Numbered from the stretch's first letter, positions 18,079 to 28,264 are shown. The stretch is DNA of 32,000 nt from Neisseria lactamica (GCF_901482445.1 NZ_LR590477.1:1426037-1458036); one strand, 5' to 3'. Numbers and translations: made by a program. The notes: a model not told the origin generated them from the sequence alone.

Positions 18079-18369
18079 ATGCCATTGCTCGCCGGTCTCA
18101 TTCCACTTTTAGGCATACTCCTGAAAATGCTGATTGTCAGAATCATCATTGCAACGGGTATGACATTTGTAACCTATGCCGGGTATCTCATCGCACTGAA
18201 CAAGTTCAAGGATTACACGGCCAACGCGATCAATTCCATGCCTTCCGACATATTGAACCTTCTTTTAATTTCGGGATTCGGGCAGGGTTTGGGCTATCTG
18301 TTCGGCGCGTTTTCATTCTTTATTGGTATGCACGCATTGAAAAAACTGACGTTTGTCTTTCCGAGATAA
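18079..18369 (+). CDS. Small integral membrane protein of the filamentous-phage assembly module (Ace/pVI position)
   Basis: 96 aa with three hydrophobic segments. Its ATG directly follows the upstream stop codon (TAAATG), and it immediately precedes the Zot-like gene, as in CTXphi ace-zot. Confidence 0.6.
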   Translation: MPLLAGLIPLLGILLKMLIVRIIIATGMTFVTYAGYLIALNKFKDYTANAINSMPSDILNLLLISGFGQGLGYLFGAFSFFIGMHALKKLTFVFPR

Positions 18370-18378
18370 GGCAGAAAC

Positions 18379-19491
18379 ATGATTTATTTGTTTACGGGAA
18401 ATATGGGGACGGGCAAAACCTCTCGTGTCGTCTCTATGATTTTGAACAACGAAGACGGATTGTTCAAAATGAAATTGGAAGACGGCACGGAGGTAGACAG
18501 GCCGCTTTATTTCTGCCATATCGACGGATTGGACAAACGCAAGTTCAATGCCCACGAACTGACGGAAGAACAAATCATGTCCGCCCCGCTTCGTGATGTC
18601 ATACCGGAAGGCGCGGTGCTGATTGTTGACGAAGCGCACTACACTTACCCGGTACGCGCGGCAGGCCGTCCCGTTCCGCCCTATATTCAGGAACTGACAG
18701 AATTACGCCATCACGGGCATACCGTCATTTTGATGACGCAGCACCCGAGCCAACTTGATATATTTGTCCGCAACCTTGTTTCAAAGCATGTACACCTTGA
18801 ACGCAAGGCAATCGGCATGAAACAGTATTCTTGGTATAAATGCGTAACCTCGTTGGACAATCCGGCAGGTGTAAGCGGCGTGGAAGTCGCAAGTTGGAAA
18901 CCGCCTAAAGAAGCCTTCAAATACTATAAATCCGCAAGCCAACACCAAAAGTTTAAGAAAAAAGTACCTTGGGCGGTTTGGGCGTTGATTGCGATTATAG
19001 GGTTTATAGGCTGGAAAAGTTACGGTATGTTTCAAGTTTACAGCAAAAACACAGGCGGCCAGATTGAGCAGGAAGCACAAAAAGAAAGCGTTGTGCAGAC
19101 GATGACGGAGCAGACGGCATCATCAGAGACAGCGCCTTTTGAGCATTCCGACAATCTGAAACCCGAAGACTTTGTGCCGACTTTATCCGAAAAGCCCGAA
19201 AGCAAGCCTATTTATAACACAGTCCGACAAGTAAAAACCTTTGAGCAAATCGCAGGATGCATAGAAGGCGGAAAATCAGATTGCACATGTTATTCCCAAC
19301 AGGGAACGCCCTTGAAGGAAATTACAAAGGCAATGTGCAAAGATTACGCAAGAAACGGCTTACCCTTTAATCCCTACAAGGACGAACAGCAAAGGACGGA
19401 ACAGGCGGCACAGTCCGCGAAAGCGGACAAGCCCCAAGTTCTCGTAATGGGCGGAAAGCCCCAAGTTCTCGTAATGGGCGGAAAGCCCTAA
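18379..19491 (+). CDS. Zot-like / pI-type phage assembly ATPase
   Basis: Walker A GNMGTGKTS. Walker B LIVDEAH. Central TM segment (WAVWALIAIIGFIGW). The position is typical of inovirus gene I. Confidence 0.8.
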   Translation: MIYLFTGNMGTGKTSRVVSMILNNEDGLFKMKLEDGTEVDRPLYFCHIDGLDKRKFNAHELTEEQIMSAPLRDVIPEGAVLIVDEAHYTYPVRAAGRPVPPYIQELTELRHHGHTVILMTQHPSQLDIFVRNLVSKHVHLERKAIGMKQYSWYKCVTSLDNPAGVSGVEVASWKPPKEAFKYYKSASQHQKFKKKVPWAVWALIAIIGFIGWKSYGMFQVYSKNTGGQIEQEAQKESVVQTMTEQTASSETAPFEHSDNLKPEDFVPTLSEKPESKPIYNTVRQVKTFEQIAGCIEGGKSDCTCYSQQGTPLKEITKAMCKDYARNGLPFNPYKDEQQRTEQAAQSAKADKPQVLVMGGKPQVLVMGGKP

Positions 19492-19566
19492 CAAAACTTG
19501 ATGTATGACAACTGGGAAGAAAAGGGCAAGATATTTGAAGATTCGGGCGGAGGCGTTTTCAATTAG

Positions 19567-19593
19567 AAAACCGCCCTTAATCGGGCGGTTCTT
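19567..19593 (+). terminator. Hairpin terminator after the Zot-like gene and a 21-codon trailing ORF
   Basis: aaAACCGCCCttaatcGGGCGGTTctt. Confidence 0.6.
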
Positions 19594-20352
19594 GTCGTGG
19601 GTTATTGACTTATCAGTATGATAACGGCTAGAATAAACCGTATATCAATCGTGATAGTCAAAAGCAGTTTGCCAAATTTCAAAGTTATCTGCATTTGATT
19701 TTCCTGTAAGTTTCACACTTGGCAGGAATGCAAAAATCCCCTTGTTGTCAGCTTGGGGATTTTTGCTTATCCCCGCCGCTCTTTTTAAAGTTCGCGCCTC
19801 TCGCGCCTGAATCTATGTCATAAAGTTCCTTTCATTCAAAATAAAAATCTTTCGGTTTCAGCCCCCGCCCCCTCAGGATGGCTTGAGCGGAGTGAAGGGG
19901 GTTAACTGCTAGAATGGCTGTTTTTTTTTAAAGTGTCTCAGTCTGGAATCGCTTCGTTCGGGGGTTGTAGGTGCAGGAAAATAGGGCAGAAAAAAGGAAA
20001 AGGGGGAAGCTTTGTAAAGATTGGGCGCGCTTTTTGCCCAATCTTTACGAATACCCCCTTTTCCTTTTTTATGAACTGTTTTTCAATACCGGAAACCCAC
20101 TAACGGAGTGATACCGGAGTGAGATACGCCTAAAAAAATCAGACATTCGGGTCGCAACAGAAATCTTTACCAAAACCAGTAACCCTAATAAAATCAGAAA
20201 CGGCAAAGGAATAGCTACCCTTTGCCGAAACCGTCCAGCCTGAATAAACCACAAACTTAAAGTTTGATGACGAGAATAGGCGGGCGGTTTTCTTGTTTGT
20301 GAAATTGAGTAGTATCAAAGAACATAGATTCTGAATAGATAAGGGTAATCCC

Positions 20353-21315
20353 ATGCGTAATGCCGTAGGATTGGATATATCAAAGCTGACATTTGACGCA
20401 TTCGCCATGGTCGGCAATGCCGAATATTCGGCAAAGTTTGACAACAATTCAAAAGGTTTAAATCAGTTTTCGGACTGGTTGAAAAGCTTGGGATGCGAGA
20501 ATTTGCATATATGCATGGAGGCAACAGGCAACTATTATGAAGACGTTGCCGACTACTTCGCGGAATATTACAGCGTTTACGTAGTGAACCCGCTGAAAAT
20601 AAGCAAGTATGCAGAAAGCAGATTCAAACGCACCAAAACAGACAAACAGGATGCAAAACTGATAGCGGAGTATTGCCGGTCGGCGCAGGAAAGCGAGCTT
20701 GTAAAAAGGCAAAAGCCGACAGACGAGCAATACAGGCTTTCACGGATGACCTCAGCATATACGCAAATAAAAAGCGAATGCGCGGCAATGAAAAACCGTT
20801 ATCAGGTGGCAAAAGATGAAGAAGCGGCCAAAGCATATGCAGAAATCATCAAAGCCATGAATGAACAGATTGAATTTTTAAAGGCGAAGATAAAAGAGCA
20901 GACGGAGAAGCCGAAATGCAAGCAAGGCGTGAGGCGTCTTGAAACCATACCGGGAATTGGAAGAATGACCGCAGCCGTATTGTTTCAATATCTGACATCT
21001 TTGGCGTTTGAAACATCAAACAAGTTTGCTGCATTTGCCGGATTGAGTCCGCAACAAAAAGAATCCGGGACAAGCGTAAGAGGAAAAGGCAAACTGACTA
21101 AGTTTGGCAACAGGAAATTACGCGCCGTCTTGTTTATGCCCGCCATGGTTGCATACCGCATAAGGGCATTTCCCGATTTCATCAAAAGACTGGAAGCCAA
21201 GAACAAGCCTAAAAAAGTCATCATCGCCGCATTGATGCGTAAACTCGCCGTTCTTGCGTATCACGTACACAAGAAAGGCGAAGATTACGATCCATCGCGT
21301 TACAAATCGGCGTAA
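20353..21315 (+). CDS. Piv/Irg-type IS110-family recombinase (prophage integrase/transposase)
   Basis: MRNAVGLDISK, EATGNYY and KTDKQDA motifs. C-terminal IPGIGRMTAAVL...SPQQKESGTSVRGK...RAVLFMPAMVA domain. It is distinct in sequence from the triplicated IS recombinase. Confidence 0.85.
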   Translation: MRNAVGLDISKLTFDAFAMVGNAEYSAKFDNNSKGLNQFSDWLKSLGCENLHICMEATGNYYEDVADYFAEYYSVYVVNPLKISKYAESRFKRTKTDKQDAKLIAEYCRSAQESELVKRQKPTDEQYRLSRMTSAYTQIKSECAAMKNRYQVAKDEEAAKAYAEIIKAMNEQIEFLKAKIKEQTEKPKCKQGVRRLETIPGIGRMTAAVLFQYLTSLAFETSNKFAAFAGLSPQQKESGTSVRGKGKLTKFGNRKLRAVLFMPAMVAYRIRAFPDFIKRLEAKNKPKKVIIAALMRKLAVLAYHVHKKGEDYDPSRYKSA

Positions 21316-21524
21316 ATCCTGAAAGGAAAAAAGGCATTTTTTAAATGCCTGCTTTGCCGTGTCTGAAATTCAGTGAATTTTTAAATATTGAAATTCAATG
21401 AGTTGAAAATGAATTGTAAAGATGCTGTTGTCAATTAAAGTAGTATCTCGTCATTTTCATAAAAAACAGCGAGCCGTAGCAACTGTATTTTTCACCCCGT
21501 CGGGCAAAAATACCAAAACTCAAA

Positions 21525-22481
21525 TCAAGCCGTCCGGATATCGTTTTCGGCGGTATCGTTTTCGGCAAAATAATCACGTATCCGGGCATTCAATATCGTC
21601 AGCAGTTTGCGCATACATGCCGTAACGGCAACCTTATACGGCTTACCCTCGGACAGCAGGCGTTGGTAGAAATCCCGAATAAGCGGTTCAAAACGTGCCG
21701 CTGCCACGGCAGCCATATACAGCGCCTTACGCACCGCAGACCTTCCGCCGAAGCAGCGGCTTTTGAATTTGGTTTCCCCGCTCTCCCTCGGGTGCGGGGC
21801 AATGCCGATCAAACCCGCTATCCGTTTGTGGCTCAGCCGCCCCAACTCAGGCAGCATCGCCATCAGCGTAGCCGTCGTTATCGAACCGATGCCTTTGATT
21901 TGCTCTGCCACTTGGGCTTTGCCGTCAAAATGCGTGTGGGTGTGGTCGTCGATTTGTTTGTCCGATTCGCCAATCAGCCGGTCAAAATGGGCAATCAGTT
22001 GTTTGACGCTTCCGACTTGCGTTTCGTGAACCTGATGCAGACGGTTTTTCTCGGCAGTCCGCATATCCACCGGTTGGTTGCGGCGGTTGACCAAGGCTTC
22101 CAACACTTCTTCCGCTTCGGTGGGCGGTTGGTAGGGCATGGTTTGCCAACCTTCTTTCTGCATCATCATCTGCGCGAAGAAGGCGGGCATTTTGGCATCT
22201 TTGGCATCGGTTTTGGTCAGCGGCTGCGACTGGGCAAACTGATGCGTCTGACGCGGGTTGGCGATAATCACGGCTATGCCTGCCCGGCGGATGGCTTTGG
22301 CGGCGGGGATTTCGAGACCGCCGGTGCTTTCCGTCACGACGAGGGCGACGTTGTGCTTTTTAAGGTATTCGACAGTATGGGCGATACCTTTTGGGTTGTT
22401 GGTTTCGGTTTTGGTTTTAGACAAAGACGAAACGGCGATGACGAAGTTTCGTTTGGCGATGTCGATATAGTGAATTAACAA
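21525..22481 (-). CDS. IS110-family DEDD recombinase/transposase (copy 3)
   Basis: The 318-aa ORF product is identical to those of copies 1 and 2. Confidence 0.85.
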   Translation of the reverse strand: MLIHYIDIAKRNFVIAVSSLSKTKTETNNPKGIAHTVEYLKKHNVALVVTESTGGLEIPAAKAIRRAGIAVIIANPRQTHQFAQSQPLTKTDAKDAKMPAFFAQMMMQKEGWQTMPYQPPTEAEEVLEALVNRRNQPVDMRTAEKNRLHQVHETQVGSVKQLIAHFDRLIGESDKQIDDHTHTHFDGKAQVAEQIKGIGSITTATLMAMLPELGRLSHKRIAGLIGIAPHPRESGETKFKSRCFGGRSAVRKALYMAAVAAARFEPLIRDFYQRLLSEGKPYKVAVTACMRKLLTILNARIRDYFAENDTAENDIRTA

Positions 22482-22568
22482 AAATCAGGACAAGGCGGCG
22501 AGCCGCAGACAGTACAAATAGTACGGCAAGGCGAGCCAACGCTGTACTGGTTTTTGTTAATTCACTAT
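22467..22568. mobile_element. Correia-type MITE nested in IS copy 3
   Basis: Same position as in copies 1 and 2 (coordinate map p -> 28491-p). Confidence 0.75.
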
Positions 22569-22796
22569 GCCTGCGTAATGGTATCGGGTACTCATCATCA
22601 ACCTGCCTTGCATTCGGTTGTGTTGTCCGGCAACTGTCCGGTTGTGTCGATGGGTTGCCCTGCCGCTCCCTGAGCTGCGCAACGGTTGTGTGCCTTGGGT
22701 GGGCGCGGGTGGCGGCCGGGCGGTTTGTTGCTATGATACGGTGATTCCAATATACAAGGGTGGGCTTCAGCGGAATCGGTGGGCTGAAGCCCACCC

Positions 22797-22951
22797 TACA
22801 GCCTTTTTCTACACAATACGGTAATTTTGAAGTTCGAGAATCGTTGTTTGCAAGTCCAAGTGGAAATTTTGTAAAATTTGAAACCACATATCAAGTATTA
22901 CCAAACGGAACAAGGGTATTTAATACAGTAATTCCCAAAGGTGGACAATAA
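22797..22951 (+). pseudogene. Orphan 3' fragment of a polymorphic-toxin C-terminal domain (roughly the last 50 codons), truncated at the hairpin repeat
   Basis: The AT-rich frame ..FSTQYGNFEVRESLFASPSGNFVKFETTYQVLPNGTRVFNTVIPKGGQ* begins abruptly at the GC-rich hairpin. Its stop overlaps the next ATG (caaTAATG), the usual toxin-immunity coupling. The domain family is not recognised. Confidence 0.4.
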
Positions 22952-23295
22952 TGTATAAAAATATGTTACTTAACGCAGATGAGTTAATGTGGTTTTTTGA
23001 AAAAGAACCAGTAATTAGCGAAGATGAAAGTTGTGTTATTTTCAAATTAAATGACGGTATCAATAATTTTGAAATTGCCTTTGGATATGCTTTGCCGTAT
23101 GTATCCATAAAAGTTTTTTCATCCATTGGAATGATTTGCTCATATTATTTAGAGCAAATTATTGAAATGAAAATAAAAAATGATGAGATAAGTGAATATC
23201 TTTATGTTGAATTAAAACAAAATAACGATGTTAGTAGTTTTAGCATAAGAATAAAACCACGTATCCAAATAAACTTGCAATCGCTTTGTAGCTAA
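22951..23295 (+). CDS. Hypothetical 114-aa acidic protein, candidate immunity protein
   Basis: It lies in a low-GC islet and is translationally coupled to the upstream fragment. It has no signal peptide and no motif that I recognise. Confidence 0.45.
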   Translation: MYKNMLLNADELMWFFEKEPVISEDESCVIFKLNDGINNFEIAFGYALPYVSIKVFSSIGMICSYYLEQIIEMKIKNDEISEYLYVELKQNNDVSSFSIRIKPRIQINLQSLCS

Positions 23296-23501
23296 TAGGC
23301 AGTAGCGTGAGCAACTTTTTTGGCATTTACTGCAATAACATTCAGGAACATTACCTACAACAATGCCGGCGGTGTCTGCGTATTTACCGACAAAAGAGTG
23401 CAAAAGCCTGCCTCCGGCAGCGAATCGTCCGTAAGCGGATCGACTCCTGCAAAATAGGCTTCCGTCCGCACACCGGCTCAGAACCGTACCCCGTTTGAAA
23501 A

Positions 23502-23550
23502 CAAAAATGCCGTCTGAAACCCGACATCCGGGCTTCAGACGGCATTTTTT
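23502..23550. terminator. Inverted DUS pair, a bidirectional terminator downstream of thiC
   Basis: aaaaatgccgtctgaaacccgacatccgggcttcagacggcatttttt. Confidence 0.75.
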
Positions 23551-23560
23551 GCTTGACGTT

Positions 23561-25645
<2,085 letters not shown>

Positions 25646-25660
25646 TCAATGTTAACCAAA

Positions 25661-25689
25661 ATTAAATCACGAACATGAACTTTTGTAAA
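25661..25689 (-). promoter_or_regulatory. Candidate thiC promoter: TTTACA-N17-TTTAAT
   Basis: The minus strand reads TTTACAaaagttcatgttcgtgaTTTAAT, about 15 nt upstream of the riboswitch aptamer. Confidence 0.4.
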
Positions 25690-25760
25690 GAAAATAATAT
25701 TTCAAATCAAACATAAACCGGCCTCGGACAAGATTTCATGATTTTTCGCGGAAAGAATGC

Positions 25761-25789
25761 TTGACACCGTATACTGCCTTCTGTATAGT
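25761..25789 (+). promoter_or_regulatory. Near-consensus sigma-70 promoter for tRNA-fMet
   Basis: TTGACA-N17-TATAGT, ending 12 nt before the tRNA 5' end. Confidence 0.65.
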
Positions 25790-25801
25790 TTCACTTTCTG
25801 A

Positions 25802-25878
<77 letters not shown>

Positions 25879-25884
25879 AATATC

Positions 25885-25919
25885 AAACCCCTCGGTTCAA
25901 TGCCGAGGGGTTTTGTTTT
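25885..25919 (+). terminator. Rho-independent terminator after the tRNA
   Basis: aaaCCCCTCGGttcaatgCCGAGGGGttttgtttt. Confidence 0.85.
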
Positions 25920-26059
25920 GCCTGTTTCCTGCCGCCTCCGTTTTTTGCCGGATTTTCCTTCCTGCCGCAATATCGGAACGGCAGCCCGCCGTCTGTTTGC
26001 GGTTGCAAATTCAGGCGGTTTGATTACAATCTTCCGCATTATGTTCAAGAAAGCCGACT

Positions 26060-26935
26060 ATGCCGACCGTCCGTTTTACCGAATCCGTCAGCAAACACGA
26101 CCTTGATGCCCTATTCGAGTGGGCAAAGGCAAGTTACGGTGCGGAAAGTTGCTGGAAAACGCTGTATCTGAACGGCCTGCCTTTGGGAAACCTGTCGCCA
26201 GAATGGGCGGAGCGCGTTCAGAAAGACTGGGAGGCAGGCTGCTCGGAGTCTTCAGACGGCATTTTTCTGAATGCGGACGGCTGGCCGGATATGGGCAGAC
26301 GCTTGCAGCACCTCGCCCGAATATGGAAAGAAGCGGGACTGCTTCACGGCTGGCGCGACGAGTGTTTCGACCTGACCGACGGCGGCGGCAATCCCTTGTT
26401 CGCGCTCGAACGCGCCGCTTTCCGTCCGTTCGGACTGCTCAGCCGCGCCGTCCATCTCAACGGTCTGACCGAATCGGACGGCCGATGGCATTTCTGGATA
26501 GGCAGGCGCAGTCCGCACAAAGCAGTCGATCCCGGCAAGCTCGACAATACTGCCGCCGGCGGTGTTTCCGGCGGCGAAATGCCGTCTGAAGCCGTGTGCC
26601 GCGAAAGCAGCGAAGAAGCCGGTTTGGATAAAACGCTGTTTCCGTTTATCCGCCCGGTATCGCGGCTGCACAGCCTGCGCCCCGTCAGCCGGGGTGTACA
26701 CAATGAAATCCTGTATGTATTCGATGCCGTCCTGCCCGAAACCTTCCGGCCTGAAAATCAGGATGGCGAAGTGGCGGGTTTTGAAAAGATGGACATTGGC
26801 GGCCTGTCGGATGCTATGTTGTCCGGACGCATGATGCACGATGCCCAACTGGTTACGCTGGACGCATTCGACCGTTACGGATTAATCGCCCCGAACCACC
26901 CTCTGTCGGGCTGGCTTCGCGGTATCAGGACTTAG
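26060..26935 (+). CDS. Nudix-family hydrolase with an N-terminal extension
   Basis: Nudix box GGVSGGEMPSEAVCRESSEEAGL (GX5EX7REUXEEXGU). 291 aa. Confidence 0.8.
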   Translation: MPTVRFTESVSKHDLDALFEWAKASYGAESCWKTLYLNGLPLGNLSPEWAERVQKDWEAGCSESSDGIFLNADGWPDMGRRLQHLARIWKEAGLLHGWRDECFDLTDGGGNPLFALERAAFRPFGLLSRAVHLNGLTESDGRWHFWIGRRSPHKAVDPGKLDNTAAGGVSGGEMPSEAVCRESSEEAGLDKTLFPFIRPVSRLHSLRPVSRGVHNEILYVFDAVLPETFRPENQDGEVAGFEKMDIGGLSDAMLSGRMMHDAQLVTLDAFDRYGLIAPNHPLSGWLRGIRT

Positions 26936-26943
26936 GAACCGGT

Positions 26944-27882
26944 ATGCTCAAATTGAACAAAGTCTGCAAACGCTTCGGCAATAAAACCGTCGCCGATGAC
27001 ATCTGCCTGACTGTCGGGCACGGCAAAATACTTGCCGTTTTGGGACAGTCTGGCTGCGGAAAATCCACCCTGCTGAATATGATTGCGGGGATTGTCCGTC
27101 CCGATGGCGGGGAAATATGGCTGAACGGGGAAAACATTACCCGTATGCCGCCCGAAAAACGCCGTATTTCTCTGATGTTTCAAGATTACGCGCTGTTTCC
27201 CCATATGAGTGCGCTGGAAAATGCGGCATTCGGTTTGAAAATGCAAAAAATGCCGAAAGCCGAAGCCGAAAGCCTCGCCTTGTCGGCACTTGCCGAAGTC
27301 GGGCTGGAAAACGAAGCGCACCGCAAGCCTGAAAAACTTTCCGGAGGCGAGAAGCAACGGCTGGCGTTGGCGCGCGCTTTGGTTGTCCGCCCTTCCCTGC
27401 TGTTGCTGGACGAATCGTTTTCCAGTTTGGACACGCATTTGCGCGACCGGCTGCGCCGTATGACTGCCGAACGTATCCGAAACGGCGGCATCCCTGCCGT
27501 TTTGGTAACGCATTCGCCCGAAGAGGCCTGCACGGCGGCGGACGAAATCGCCGTGATGCATGAAGGGAGGATTCTACAATACGGCACGCCCGAAACATTG
27601 GTCAAAACACCGTCCTGCGTGCAGGCCGCCCGTCTGATGGGGCTGCCCAACACCGACGATGACCGCCATATTCCGCAACATGCGGTGCGTTTCGACCAAG
27701 ACGGCATGGAGTGCCGCGTATTATCCCGTACCTGTTTGCCCGAATCGTTCAGCCTGTCCGTCCTCCATCCGGAACACGGCATCCTGTGGCTGAACCTCGA
27801 TATGCGGCACGCCGGAGAGGTCTCGGGCAACGGTACGGTACGCATCCATATCGAAGACCGGGAAATCGTCCGCTTCCGCTGA
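26944..27882 (+). CDS. ABC transporter ATP-binding protein (PotA/FbpC/ThiQ-like importer ATPase); no permease or binding-protein gene is adjacent
   Basis: Walker A GQSGCGKST. Q-loop. Signature LSGGEKQR. Walker B LLLLDE. H-loop VTHS. Confidence 0.85.
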   Translation: MLKLNKVCKRFGNKTVADDICLTVGHGKILAVLGQSGCGKSTLLNMIAGIVRPDGGEIWLNGENITRMPPEKRRISLMFQDYALFPHMSALENAAFGLKMQKMPKAEAESLALSALAEVGLENEAHRKPEKLSGGEKQRLALARALVVRPSLLLLDESFSSLDTHLRDRLRRMTAERIRNGGIPAVLVTHSPEEACTAADEIAVMHEGRILQYGTPETLVKTPSCVQAARLMGLPNTDDDRHIPQHAVRFDQDGMECRVLSRTCLPESFSLSVLHPEHGILWLNLDMRHAGEVSGNGTVRIHIEDREIVRFR

Positions 27883-27898
27883 TGCTTCTTAAAAACAA

Positions 27899-27933
27899 AT
27901 GCCGTCTGAAAACCTTTCAGACGGCATTTTTTT
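27899..27933 (+). terminator. Inverted DUS pair followed by a T-run
   Basis: atgccgtctgaaaacctttcagacggcattttttt. Confidence 0.8.
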
Positions 27934-28002
27934 ACCAAAGCAGCCATATTTTTTATCAGGGCTGCAAAACTTATCCGAAACAACAGAAACCGCTCTGCCG
28001 TC

Positions 28003-28264
28003 ATTCCCGCGAAAGCGGGAATCTAGAACCCAACGCGGCAAAAATTTATCCGAAACAACAAAAATTTTTTCATCGTCATTCCCGAGAAAGCGGGAATCTA
28101 GAACGTAAAATCTAAAGAAACCGTTTTACCCGACAAGTTTCCGCACCGACAGACCTAGATTCCCGCCTGCGCGGGAATGACGGATTTTAGGTTTCTGATT
28201 TTGGTTTTCTGTTTTTGAGGGAATGACGGGATTTTGGGTTTCTGTTTTGGTTTTCTATTTTGCA
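28003..28264. repeat. NIME block: three dRS3 copies followed by an approximately 46-bp tandem repeat
   Basis: dRS3 at 28003-28022, 28078-28097 and 28159-28178. gggaatgacgg(g)atttt(a/g)ggtttctg..ttttggttttct.ttttg occurs at about 28173 and again at about 28219. Confidence 0.8.

Larger units (their letters stand above)
16130..21330 (+). mobile_element. Degraded Nf/MDA-type filamentous (inovirus) prophage; boundaries are approximate
   Basis: The gene order Rep - TspB(pIII-like) - 96-aa membrane protein (Ace/pVI-like) - Zot/pI-like ATPase - Piv/Irg IS110-type transposase matches the neisserial Nf/MDA phages as I remember them. The ssDNA-binding and major-coat genes are missing. There is no DUS from 17842 to 23508. 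Confidence 0.75.
21478..22758 (-). mobile_element. IS110-family insertion sequence, copy 3 (inverted relative to copies 1 and 2)
   Basis: Read in the element's orientation, the junctions are ..gctgaagcccacc|CT|tgtat and ..cagttg|CT|acggctcgctg. Rejoining the flanks recreates gaagcccaccCTacggctcg, the repeat consensus seen at 1062-1095. Confidence 0.85.

Noticed and set aside
20069-20447. 61-aa and 102-aa minus-strand ORFs in the prophage intergenic region, overlapping the start of the Piv-like gene
   Set aside because: They have no RBS and no recognisable motifs, and one overlaps the recombinase start. They could be phage regulators, but I cannot support that from sequence alone.
23296-23500. 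GC-normal segment between the immunity-like gene and the thiC terminator, open on the minus strand (..FVGKYADTAGIVVGNVPE..)
   Set aside because: It might be a fragment of a disrupted gene, but it has no start, no motif I can name, and it overlaps the 3' end of the 114-aa ORF. The evidence is insufficient.
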